Under the pieces are notes generated by a model, which worked only from the letters and a program-made list of their open reading frames with translations, was not told the origin of the DNA and did not search any database. Of a stretch of 64,000 nt of DNA, positions 55,139-63,976 are shown piece by piece. Each line of letters opens with the position of its first letter. The first letter of the stretch is position 1. This DNA is from Candidatus Bathyarchaeota archaeon (GTDB taxonomy: Archaea; Thermoproteota; Bathyarchaeia; 40CM-2-53-6), in the NCBI GenBank assembly GCA_963780265.1, contig CAWABQ010000022.1, positions 8,548 to 72,547 on the forward strand. The letters run 5' to 3'. A program made the translations under genes and the position numbers.

Positions 55139-55726
55139 TTGAAGCGGACAGTGCCCTCGACTTGGCCCGAAATTCTGTCACAAACAAAGGCTAACGTCTT
55201 TTCGATTCTTTCAGTAGCCTTCGGCGTGGCAGCGCTAGCAATGATACTTGGGGCAACTCTCGCCCCTACGGGACAGATCAGTGGAGAGAGTCTCGTCCTG
55301 ATTGAGGTCCAGGTTCTTCCGGGGTTCTACATGAAGCCCATTACGTTCTTCACGTTCTCGCTCTTCCTGTCCTTTGCCTTCGGCCTCTACACACCCCAAA
55401 CCAGGCGGAGGTTCCTAGGAGCAAGGCCAAGTGTGCTTAGGACGGTGTACATCGGGGCCTGGCTCGTCGCGATGGGCAGCGGTTTCGAGATAGTGTATCA
55501 AATAGTGATTTGGTCAGCAGCCCTCGCTGTGCAGGGCCTGGCGAACCCCGATATCATAGTGAATCCCTTCCCTGTCTCTGTAAACCCAACTCCAATAAAC
55601 GTGGTCTTCGCCTCAAAGATGGTTGTCGTCATATTCTTCATGGCAATCTTCCTCATAGACTACATCCATCGAATTGACAGAATACTGCACGAGAGAGAGT
55701 TGGTAGAAACACTTCTCGGCAAATAA
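55139..55726 (+). CDS. membrane protein, function unknown
   Basis: 195 aa with about 5 TM helices. Confidence 0.45.
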   Translation: MKRTVPSTWPEILSQTKANVFSILSVAFGVAALAMILGATLAPTGQISGESLVLIEVQVLPGFYMKPITFFTFSLFLSFAFGLYTPQTRRRFLGARPSVLRTVYIGAWLVAMGSGFEIVYQIVIWSAALAVQGLANPDIIVNPFPVSVNPTPINVVFASKMVVVIFFMAIFLIDYIHRIDRILHERELVETLLGK

Positions 55727-55780
55727 CCTACCGCGAAGGCCTGAGTCAAAGAGGCTCAATTGAAAGGCAGCACATGAATA

Positions 55781-56899
55781 ATGCCTACATTAACAGGACG
55801 GCTAAAGAAATTCTGCGTAAACGTGTATCATGAGTTCCGCACTCGTGACGCTATTCCACTTCTACTAATTTTGTTCCCAGTAGTTTTCCTAATAGTGATC
55901 GACCCTGACTCTTTCTCATTAGTGTGGTTCTGGGGTCGCCAAGTCGGCAGGGCCGGTTTCGCGTTTCTCTTCTTCCTGGTAGCTTGGGATTGGCATGACT
56001 CAAGACGAATGATGAAAGCCACGCGGGCAAGGTGGCGATATGTGCTAGCCGGTCTGGTCCTAATTGTGATCCTCGTGTACTATTGGGAACGCGTAGTCAA
56101 CGTTGGTTTAACAGACTACCTCCGTGTATACGTCACTAGTCAATTGGGCGTTTCACAAAACTCGCCGCTCAGTTTTCTGCTGGCAATGGATTACTTTGTG
56201 TACGGCGCCTATTCCGTAGCGGTAACCGCCCTCCTGTACTCACCGAAAGTAATCCTCCGAATGGCCACCCCGGTAATCTACGTTGTCGGCAGCGGAATAC
56301 TTGACATGATGGACGCCTTCTTTCCTGAGGACTCCCTGGCCTTCCTACAGATCTGGGTCTACCTGATTTGGAATGTCGTAGTCTTCTTACTCGGTTTCAT
56401 GGGATACAATACAACCGTAAACCCACTTGTCAGCAAGATACCAATACCTAGCTTGCTGTTGCAAGGGAACCGTTTGTACCTTTGGGGTTTCAAGGGACCC
56501 ATGACCCTTGCCATATACTGGCCCTCATCCGGAGTCGTGAGCATGATTGTCTACAGCTTGGTAATTCTAGTTCTGATGGTGAAACTGGAGGCGCCAAGGA
56601 GGCGCAAGCTTGTCTACGCTGTGGTCGGGGCTGCAGGAACTTATTTCGTCAACGTTATACGCATCACATCGATCGTGCTCTACGTTACCTACATCAGCCT
56701 CGACGTGGAAGCTTTTCATCAATCCATCGGCGAGGTACTGTTCATCTGCTGGATTTTCATTTACCTACTGCTCGTCCTTCATGTAGAGGACAGTTACCAC
56801 GGAAACAAGTCCAACCAATCAGGGGTCAGAACCAAGAAACCGGGCTTGCCACAAACCCGTACACGTCACACCAAGAAAGCTAGAGGAACGAGAAGCTGA
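55781..56899 (+). CDS. exosortase/archaeosortase-family homolog with Ser replacing the catalytic Cys
   Basis: Polytopic. AIYWPS(249)SGVVSM, FVNVIR(294)ITS and AFH(313)QSIG align with C76, R118 and H137 of the 32986 paralog with matching spacing. The Ser codon TCA lies at 56525-56527. Confidence 0.6.
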   Translation: MPTLTGRLKKFCVNVYHEFRTRDAIPLLLILFPVVFLIVIDPDSFSLVWFWGRQVGRAGFAFLFFLVAWDWHDSRRMMKATRARWRYVLAGLVLIVILVYYWERVVNVGLTDYLRVYVTSQLGVSQNSPLSFLLAMDYFVYGAYSVAVTALLYSPKVILRMATPVIYVVGSGILDMMDAFFPEDSLAFLQIWVYLIWNVVVFLLGFMGYNTTVNPLVSKIPIPSLLLQGNRLYLWGFKGPMTLAIYWPSSGVVSMIVYSLVILVLMVKLEAPRRRKLVYAVVGAAGTYFVNVIRITSIVLYVTYISLDVEAFHQSIGEVLFICWIFIYLLLVLHVEDSYHGNKSNQSGVRTKKPGLPQTRTRHTKKARGTRS

Positions 56900-57189
56900 A
56901 ACCGTAGCGGACCTGAGCGCCGCGGATCTGTAACAATAAGTGGTTCTTAGAAAGTTTCTAAAGACAGGTCGTCGAAGGCAGGAGCCACTCATGGTTTTTC
57001 TTGGACAGAGAGGTAATTGTTCTCGCTAATTGAGGTTAGAGTGAAGACGATTTCAGTCTGCGTCTCCTGAAGGCTGTATAACTCAATGGAACCGGACTTT
57101 CGAGGTTCTCTTAGAGAGTCTACATATCCATGAGCGTTTCCAAGACATTTAAACTACCAACCCGCCAGACAGCCTCAGGCTGAGTTTCA

Positions 57190-58845
57190 TTGACCGCGGT
57201 AACGGAGCTAATGGAAATCGCACTTGGCAGACTGGACGAGTTAGCTCCGTCAACTCAAAGGGTAGCTATATGCGAATACGGCCCCGCCGTATACGCAAAA
57301 CCAGGTTCGTACAAGGGCCAAGACGTTTTGGTTGTATGCGACAGTTACGCTAACGGCCTGCGGGCCCATCTGAGGGTTATTGACGGACACGAAATCAGGT
57401 TCCTAATTACAGATCGCAGCTTAATGGAGTCAGACATCGCAAGAGGAACGCTCGGTGATTTTCTCACCGAGAAATTCCTCTACCCCAACCGCGCATTAAC
57501 CAACAGCGAATATCTGGAAAACATGAATATCCAAGCGAAGACGCGTGTGGTGAAAGAAGAAACGCGAGACTTAGTGGTAGAATACGGAGAAATGTGCCGC
57601 GGTTTGGTTGCAAAGCCAGAGTTCTTCGGAATCTCGCGAATGCGAAAGCAGGCGCGTGTCTTCCTGCCAAGCATGGCAGATTATCTGAGGCTGTTGGAAT
57701 CTTCGGTTCGCCAACAGAACATCTCGATTCTTCACGATTCCTTCAAAGCGGCAATAGTAACGATGAAGGGCGATGTGGTCGAGCTTGACGGCGACTATGC
57801 TACCTTCCAAGACAACGCCATCGACAAATGGCTTAAGGACAGAGCGTCGGAACAGGCAGTCAACATACTCCGGCAGAGCCAGAGGGCCTTTTACTCCTAC
57901 CTTACGAAGGGACGTTCGATTTACCTTAACCTCGACCTGCTTGCACGTGAACTCAGCGAGCCCTTGAGGGCAGGGTTGGACCCCGCACTGGCGGGGAGGA
58001 AGCCAGAGAACCCGAAAGACTACCTATACCTCAGAACATCAGAAGGGTTCGCCACGTTCAATGAGACGGCATCGTTTGAAGACATTGTCGCAAAACTGCG
58101 ACCCGGCCGTCCCATAACAATTTCTCCTTTGGCCGGGGTGCTGAACGAAGTTGTCCTCGTGACGGCGGGAAATGAGCAGTTCGTTGCAAAGAAGTTCACG
58201 GACTGGCATGGCTTCAAATGGTTCACCTTAAACCTGGTTTCGTTCGGCAGCAAAGTTTTCGCAGTCTCGGGTAAGACCAGGATGACCAACGAGTATGGAA
58301 TTAATCGTTACCTAGCCAAGAAAGGGTTGAAGGTTCCCCACATGATCCATGTGAACCTGAAGCAGCGAATCTTGGTCGAGAAGTATGTTGCAGGTAATGG
58401 ATTGAACGATTTCGCAACGAAAGCAATCAAGCAGAGGACGCTGACCGAGTCGCAGTCTCGAATAGCCGCAACTCTGGGTGAGACTCTAGCCCGGATACAC
58501 AGTGTTGGAGTATCAGTGGGAGACGCCAAACCAGAGAACTTTGTAGCAACGGAGAGTGGAATTTTCACGGTGGACCTTGAGCAAGCAGATAAGCGAAGAG
58601 ACTTTGCGTGGGACATAGCCGAGTTGCTCTTCTACACGGGACATTATAGCACCAGCCCTACACCGACTGGCGGGCTTAGCGAGATGGTTGAAGCCTTCAC
58701 GGCAGGCTATTTGCGCAAAGGTCACGCAACAGAATTGAAACAGGCAGCTGGGGTGAGATACGCAAAGGCATTTTCTTTTTGGACGCCGGCGCCTATTATC
58801 CTTGAGATTTCAAAGATACTTAATGAGGCCAGCCGAACGGGTTGA
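57190..58845 (+). CDS. fusion protein: N-terminal nucleotidyltransferase-like (Tam41/Mmp37-like?) domain plus C-terminal atypical (Bud32/RIO-like) protein kinase domain
   Basis: The N-half has VAICEYGPAVYA...DVLVVCD and IRFLITDRSLMESDIARGTLGDFLTEKFLYPNRAL. The C-half has FVAKKF (VAxK Lys), LVEKYVAG (hinge) and SVGDAKPENF...TVDLEQA (catalytic loop and DFG-like motif). Confidence 0.5.
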   Translation: MTAVTELMEIALGRLDELAPSTQRVAICEYGPAVYAKPGSYKGQDVLVVCDSYANGLRAHLRVIDGHEIRFLITDRSLMESDIARGTLGDFLTEKFLYPNRALTNSEYLENMNIQAKTRVVKEETRDLVVEYGEMCRGLVAKPEFFGISRMRKQARVFLPSMADYLRLLESSVRQQNISILHDSFKAAIVTMKGDVVELDGDYATFQDNAIDKWLKDRASEQAVNILRQSQRAFYSYLTKGRSIYLNLDLLARELSEPLRAGLDPALAGRKPENPKDYLYLRTSEGFATFNETASFEDIVAKLRPGRPITISPLAGVLNEVVLVTAGNEQFVAKKFTDWHGFKWFTLNLVSFGSKVFAVSGKTRMTNEYGINRYLAKKGLKVPHMIHVNLKQRILVEKYVAGNGLNDFATKAIKQRTLTESQSRIAATLGETLARIHSVGVSVGDAKPENFVATESGIFTVDLEQADKRRDFAWDIAELLFYTGHYSTSPTPTGGLSEMVEAFTAGYLRKGHATELKQAAGVRYAKAFSFWTPAPIILEISKILNEASRTG

Positions 58846-59474
58846 AGCGGAACATCCGATTAGTCATCTTCGACCTAGACGGTACTCTGACACCAGTTGA
58901 CAGCTTGTGGCGGTACTTACATAATGCGTTCGGGACATGGGAGCGTGGGAAGATTGCTGCTGCTAAGTACAGGCGGGGCGAAATATCATACAAGCAGTGG
59001 GCTGAAACTGATGCAGGATACTGGGCGGGGGCATCGCTATCCGACGTTACGAGGATGCTTGAGCAAATACCCTACAGGCGAGGAGTAAGGGAAGTGTTTG
59101 AGGAACTCAAACGACGGAAAGTGAAGACTGCAATAGTGAGCGCAGGCTTATCGCTTCTGGCAAATAAAGCCGCAATCGAGCTCGGAGCGGACGTGGCAAT
59201 TTCAAACGAACTTGAGACCAACGATGGCCGGTTAACTGGCGGAATTGCCGTGAAGGTCGCGGTTAACAACAAGAAGGAAATGATCGAGCAGGTGGCCAAC
59301 GCCCTCGAGGTTCCTCTAAGGGAAGTCGCTCTTGTAGGGGACAGGGCCTTTGACTTGTCGCACGACGAATGTTTGCGAATCGCCTTCAAACCAAAGGACG
59401 AGCTTGCTAGGCGCGAAGCTGATGTCGTTGTCTCGGACGATGACTTAACCAGTATCCTTCAATACCTTATCTAG
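58842..59474 (+). CDS. HAD-superfamily hydrolase, subfamily IB (phosphoserine phosphatase-like)
   Basis: Motif I is VIFDLDGTL, motif II is AIVSAG, motif IV is LVGDRAFD. It overlaps the upstream stop by 4 nt. Confidence 0.7.
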   Translation: MKRNIRLVIFDLDGTLTPVDSLWRYLHNAFGTWERGKIAAAKYRRGEISYKQWAETDAGYWAGASLSDVTRMLEQIPYRRGVREVFEELKRRKVKTAIVSAGLSLLANKAAIELGADVAISNELETNDGRLTGGIAVKVAVNNKKEMIEQVANALEVPLREVALVGDRAFDLSHDECLRIAFKPKDELARREADVVVSDDDLTSILQYLI

Positions 59475-59524
59475 CGAGTCTAGGTAAACGACTACGCCCT
59501 CAAGGAGCATCGAGGATACGGCCA

Positions 59525-60034
59525 TTGCCCGCAGTGGAGGAACCTTTCAATTGCAGAGGGTTGGTTGGTTCCATCAGCCTACATAATGACCGAATGGTCA
59601 TTACCGGCAAGGAATGGGGCGTTTCCAAATCCTATCAGCTTCCCATCGAACGAATAAGGTCAGTTGTAGTTGAACGTAAGAGTGTAATTCCATTCGCAAC
59701 ACTGACGTTGCTCGCCGCAGTAGTCGCAGTCATAGCGGGATACAACGCGCTCTGGTTTTTGTTCAACCTCTCGCCCAAAAATGCGCAAATAGTGAGCTCA
59801 GCCGCACTTTTCGTCACAGTCGTAGGCGCTATTCCCACCCTATTCCGCATATTGTTTGTTAGTGTCTCCATTACTTGGGACGGCGATCCAACATCTTTTG
59901 CGTCGGCTTCGTGCCCGTGCATCCAGGGAAACGTTTGGCACGGAAATTTCAACAATCGCCGGCATGGAGCTGATTTCAGCCGTTGGATAACCCGATCGCA
60001 GATGGTTCATTGGTTCTTCTCCATTTCGATGTAA
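59525..60034 (+). CDS. membrane protein with an N-terminal PH-like (bPH/YdbT-like) segment; 3' end possibly frameshifted
   Basis: SLHNDRMVITGKEWGVSKSYQLPIERIRSVVVE followed by two TM helices. After about 59895 an alternative frame ends at about 59966, before trmI, which would avoid the overlap. Confidence 0.4.
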   Translation: MPAVEEPFNCRGLVGSISLHNDRMVITGKEWGVSKSYQLPIERIRSVVVERKSVIPFATLTLLAAVVAVIAGYNALWFLFNLSPKNAQIVSSAALFVTVVGAIPTLFRILFVSVSITWDGDPTSFASASCPCIQGNVWHGNFNNRRHGADFSRWITRSQMVHWFFSISM

Positions 60035-60768
60035 AGCGTCAATGGCTCATACGAATCGAAAAAGGCAGGCAATTTCACACGCACAAGGGATTCATCGCCC
60101 TTGCCGACCTCGTCGGGCAGCCATTTGGAAGCGAAGTTAAAAGTTCGCTCGGGTATACGTTCTGGGCCTTGAAACCTGCCACCTACGATTTCATAATGCA
60201 TAGCGCCCGAAGAACCCAGATAATGTATCCGAAAGACATCGGCTTGATTATCCTCAAACTGGCGCTCTCCTCTGGGTTGAAGGTTCTAGAAATAGGAACG
60301 GGTAGCGGTGCCATGACACTTGCCGCAGCGTTGGCAGTCAAACCCGCTGGTCATGTTCACACGTACGAAGCGAGGGCTGAATTCGCGGAGATGGCTGAAC
60401 GGAATCTCAAAAGGGCAGCTATCTCCGAATACGTGACTATTCACATTGCAGACGCCGGCGCAGGTATCGAAGAGTCCAATTTCGACGCAGCCATTATCGA
60501 CGTAGGCGACCCGTGGCCCTTGATTCCACATATTCACAAAGCCCTGTCAGGCGGCTCACCCGTAGTCTCTTTCAGCCCGACGGTCAACCAGGTTGAAAAG
60601 ACAACTGAAGCCTTCGGGAAGGAGGGGTTCGTGAATGTTCAAACCGTGGAATGTTTCATTCGCGAGATAAGAGCTGATACCGGGAAAACTAGGCCTGCAA
60701 CAATCATGGTCGGGCACACGGGGTACATGACTTTCGCCCAAAAGGCCGTACGCACGGCCCCGGTCTAG
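59983..60768 (+). CDS. trmI: tRNA (adenine-N1)-methyltransferase TrmI (GCD14 family)
   Basis: RRTQIMYPKDIGLII, SAM motif VLEIGTGSGAMTLAAA, AAIIDVGDPW, and HTGYMTFAQK at the C-terminus. Confidence 0.8.
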   Translation: MDNPIADGSLVLLHFDVKRQWLIRIEKGRQFHTHKGFIALADLVGQPFGSEVKSSLGYTFWALKPATYDFIMHSARRTQIMYPKDIGLIILKLALSSGLKVLEIGTGSGAMTLAAALAVKPAGHVHTYEARAEFAEMAERNLKRAAISEYVTIHIADAGAGIEESNFDAAIIDVGDPWPLIPHIHKALSGGSPVVSFSPTVNQVEKTTEAFGKEGFVNVQTVECFIREIRADTGKTRPATIMVGHTGYMTFAQKAVRTAPV

Positions 60769-60805
60769 TCTTCGTTCGAAGCGTATTGCTCAGTGCGAGT
60801 TCAAT

Positions 60806-61192
60806 TCAAGCTAAGCGCTCGATTAATTCGAGCCAGTTACCGTCCGGATCCTTGATGAACGCTATCCTAGAAGAGGAACCACTCAACGAAAATGGTTCCA
60901 TTGCTATGGTTACCCCGCTTGCCTTGAGTTCGCCTATGGTGGCGCCCACGTCCTTGACGGCGAAGGCTATGTGGTCAAAATTATCGCCTTCAACTAAGAC
61001 CTTTTTGTCCCGCCAGTGTGTGAGCTCGATCGCTGCTCCACCCTCGTCCTCCAGAAATGCGATCTCAGCATTGTTCTGCTTGACTTCCCGGCGGCTTATG
61101 AGATTCAGCCCGATGAATTTCGTATAGAATCCAATCGACCTGTCAAGGTCGGATACGTTTAGGCAGCTATGGAGAATCTTCATGGAAACCAT
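60806..61192 (-). CDS. VOC-family protein (glyoxalase I / lactoylglutathione lyase-like)
   Basis: HSCLNVSDLDRSIGFYTKFIGL, AIELTHW, FDHIAFAV, AFIKDPDGNWLELIE. Confidence 0.75.
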   Translation of the reverse strand: MVSMKILHSCLNVSDLDRSIGFYTKFIGLNLISRREVKQNNAEIAFLEDEGGAAIELTHWRDKKVLVEGDNFDHIAFAVKDVGATIGELKASGVTIAMEPFSLSGSSSRIAFIKDPDGNWLELIERLA

Positions 61193-61254
61193 TCGCTGGG
61201 TGGATGATGATGGGGGGAGTTAATGAAGAATAAGTGAGGGGCTACGGGTGGGGC

Positions 61255-62550
61255 TTATACCCAGCCACGTAGCTTCACGGCGTCGGCGACCCGTTTGACT
61301 GCTACCATGTAAGCAGCGGCTCTCATGTGCACTTTTTCTTTCTTGGACATTTCATAAACGTCTTTGAACGCCTTGGTCATGTGCGCATCTAATTGCTTGT
61401 GGACATCTTCGAGTGTCCAGAAGTAGTTGTACGTGCCTTGAACTTGCTCAAAGTAGGAAACAGTGACTCCACCAGCGTTGGCGAGGAAGTCAGGAAGTAC
61501 GAGGACCCCGTTCTTGTAGAGGACTTCGTCTGAGTCGGGTGTGGTCGGGCCGTTGGCAAGTTCGCACTGTATCTTCGCTTTGATTTTGTTGCAGTTTTTC
61601 GCGGTTATGACGTTCTCCAGAGCCGCGGGAATGAGCACGTCGACCTGGAGTTCCAGAAGTTCGTCGTTTGAGATGGGTTTGGTGCCAGGGAATCCAGCAA
61701 CCTTTCCCGTCTTCATCTTGTGCGCGACGAGGGCTACTGGGTCAATGCCGTTATCACTGTAAACGCCGCCCTGCGAATCGCTGGCAGCTAATAGCTTCAG
61801 GCCGAGGATTTCTGGTCCTAGGGTAGCAGCAAACTGGCCGGCGTTGCCGAATCCCTGAATTGCCATGGTTGCTCCTCGAGTGTTCATCCCTATTGCCTTC
61901 GCCGCTTCACGCATGCAGTAGACCCCGCCTCTAGCTGTGGCGTCTCCTCTGCCCTGCGATCCACCAAGTGGGATGGGTTTCCCTGTTATGACCGAGGGGC
62001 TGTTCATTCTCACGATCGTCTCATACTCATCCATCATCCAAGCCATAATCTGCGGGTCGGTGTAGACGTCCGGCGCTGGGACATCTTTGAAGGCGCCCAG
62101 CTCCGAAGCTACACATCTAATGTATCCTCTCGCCAACCGCTCTTTTTCAGGTGCAGAGAGTTTCTTCGGGTCAACAGTCACTCCACCCTTTCCGCCGCCA
62201 AGAGGAATATCCATCATGGCCGTCTTCCAAGTCATCCAGGCGGCCAACGCCCTCACAGTGTCTATGGTTTCTGCTGGATGCCATCTCAGGCCGCCCTTAC
62301 ATGGCCCCCGGGCATTGTTGTATTGAACTCGATAGGTGCGCAAAACTTGCACAGATCCATTATCCATTTTCAGAGGAATTGTATACACGAATTCCCTCAT
62401 CGGCCACTTCAGGAACTCGGTCATGGCTTTGTCCAATCCGAGTCTCTTCCCGGCCATTTCAAGCTCTCTTTGAGCTATTTTGAAGGGATTGAGCTCTTCT
62501 GTCATCACATCTTCGCCTTTGTAATCGGGCTGCCGGAAGGCGGAGCCCAT
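61255..62550 (-). CDS. gdhA: glutamate dehydrogenase
   Basis: [12 protein letters not shown] (catalytic Lys region) and the dinucleotide fold [11 protein letters not shown]. The Met16 at about 62505 (MTEELNPF...) is the more typical start. Confidence 0.9.
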   Translation of the reverse strand: MGSAFRQPDYKGEDVMTEELNPFKIAQRELEMAGKRLGLDKAMTEFLKWPMREFVYTIPLKMDNGSVQVLRTYRVQYNNARGPCKGGLRWHPAETIDTVRALAAWMTWKTAMMDIPLGGGKGGVTVDPKKLSAPEKERLARGYIRCVASELGAFKDVPAPDVYTDPQIMAWMMDEYETIVRMNSPSVITGKPIPLGGSQGRGDATARGGVYCMREAAKAIGMNTRGATMAIQGFGNAGQFAATLGPEILGLKLLAASDSQGGVYSDNGIDPVALVAHKMKTGKVAGFPGTKPISNDELLELQVDVLIPAALENVITAKNCNKIKAKIQCELANGPTTPDSDEVLYKNGVLVLPDFLANAGGVTVSYFEQVQGTYNYFWTLEDVHKQLDAHMTKAFKDVYEMSKKEKVHMRAAAYMVAVKRVADAVKLRGWV

Positions 62551-62747
62551 TATGTAAATGCTCCGGGGAACTATCAGGGCAAATAATGAATGCTCCAGTC
62601 ACCAGCATGATTTCGAAGCATTTATCACGATTCGTAGGTAGCGTAGGAAGATTTTATTTGGTGAAATGCGAAGAGCGCCCAACCAAAGGGTGAGGTGCGC
62701 TGGCCGAGAAAGAACCGCAGAAAAAACGCGGCATTTGGGAGGCTCTG

Positions 62748-62903
62748 TTGGTCGTGGTCGCCGGAGTACTAATAATTTCTCCCAGCTACGTGGCCCTAAT
62801 TATTCTTCACCGGACCAAACTTGACATTTCAATCGTGGCAGTAATGGCACTAGCGCTCTTTCTGGTCGGCGCTTTCTTACTCGTGACAGTAGTAAAGGAA
62901 TGA
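62748..62903 (+). CDS. possible small two-helix membrane protein (below track cutoff; 5' end unclear)
   Basis: Frame 3 is open from 62694 and reads ..AEKEPQKKRGIWEALLVVVAGVLIISPSYVALIIL...VAVMALALFLVGAFLLVTVVKE*. The first start codon in frame is the TTG at 62748. An ATG at 62666 lies in another frame. Confidence 0.25.
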   Translation: MVVVAGVLIISPSYVALIILHRTKLDISIVAVMALALFLVGAFLLVTVVKE

Positions 62904-62918
62904 GAAGAATCGCTCGGG

Positions 62919-63815
62919 CTAAGAGAAGGGCCGTAGAACGAAGTTAGTGTAAATCGTCAGGGCCAGCGATACGAAGAACAAAGTTGCCCAGTACCGCCTG
63001 TTCCAGTAGTAGACTTTCCGTCCATCAAAAACTGAGAACGGGATCATGTTAAACAGGGCGAGAAACGCGTTGATGCCAGCGCCGAACAAGATCGGAAGGT
63101 ACACGAGTGATTGCCGAAGAACCGGAAGAAGGGTGAGAAGTGCCAGAGTTATTATCACATTTACAATGGGCCCAGCGATGGCGGTACGGCCGATATGGTC
63201 TTTCTCTGCGAACCCTGAGATCATGACCGCCCCAGGCGCGATGAATTTTATGGGAGAGACAATGGAAAGGGCCGTCAAAATCACCCCAGTTGCATTTACT
63301 CGAAACTCGGCCCAAAGCCCGTACCCTTGGGCTACATACTTGTGAGCGAGCTCATGGAGTATGAAGCCCATCGAGAAAATTAATGCTGCCACTACCAGCC
63401 CAAGTAGGGTGAATGAGTTTCCGATGATAAAGGAAACGCCGGCTGCGGTCACTAACGCTGTACCAACTGTCAAATGGCGCAACTCAGTCCGGCTGAAACG
63501 GATGCCACGCAAGCTAGGTGAAAGAAGCATGCTCCGAGCCCCAGACGCGAGTTGCATCGGTGAAGCGTTCGCCCTAGCAGACCTGACGGCCTTCACTCGC
63601 CATGTCTCACTACACTCGTGGTTTTCGGGTAACCGATGGTCGGGGCAGTAGTAGTGTTCGCAGTAATTGCACTTGAAGGGAAGGTCGACCTCGACCCCAC
63701 ACCTCTCACAATTCAAACAACTAGGCGCCCCGGGACAGGCAAATATCTCCCTACTCCTTACTTTTAATGTTGGTACCCCGAATTGGCATGGGATTAAGGT
63801 TGCCAAAATGTGCAA
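62919..63815 (-). CDS. AN1-type zinc finger fused to an M50-like membrane metalloprotease
   Basis: CERCGVEVDLPFKCNYCEHYYCPDHRLPENHEC has the AN1 pattern. HExxH is ILHELAHKYV. The second motif is NMIPFSVFDG. The start is uncertain because of overlap with the next ORF. Confidence 0.7.
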   Translation of the reverse strand: MHILATLIPCQFGVPTLKVRSREIFACPGAPSCLNCERCGVEVDLPFKCNYCEHYYCPDHRLPENHECSETWRVKAVRSARANASPMQLASGARSMLLSPSLRGIRFSRTELRHLTVGTALVTAAGVSFIIGNSFTLLGLVVAALIFSMGFILHELAHKYVAQGYGLWAEFRVNATGVILTALSIVSPIKFIAPGAVMISGFAEKDHIGRTAIAGPIVNVIITLALLTLLPVLRQSLVYLPILFGAGINAFLALFNMIPFSVFDGRKVYYWNRRYWATLFFVSLALTIYTNFVLRPFS

Positions 63816-63976
63816 CGTGCGGAAAAGAACTGCCTAAACTTGAAAAGTGTCAGTATTGCGGGAATGAGTTCTGCGAAGAGGATTACCCGAAACATATGGC
63901 GTGGGAGCGACGGCACGCGGGGCTGGCTGAGGAAGAGGGAAAGTTCTGGAGGGAAAGGAGAGAAGCTCCTTCTTGA
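63767..63976 (+). CDS. small zinc-finger protein (start probably the internal Met at about 63788)
   Basis: CATCGKELPKLEKCQYCGNEFCEEDYPKHMAWE has a Cys4-type ribbon. It is divergent from the AN1-M50 gene. Confidence 0.45.
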   Translation: MLVPRIGMGLRLPKCATCGKELPKLEKCQYCGNEFCEEDYPKHMAWERRHAGLAEEEGKFWRERREAPS

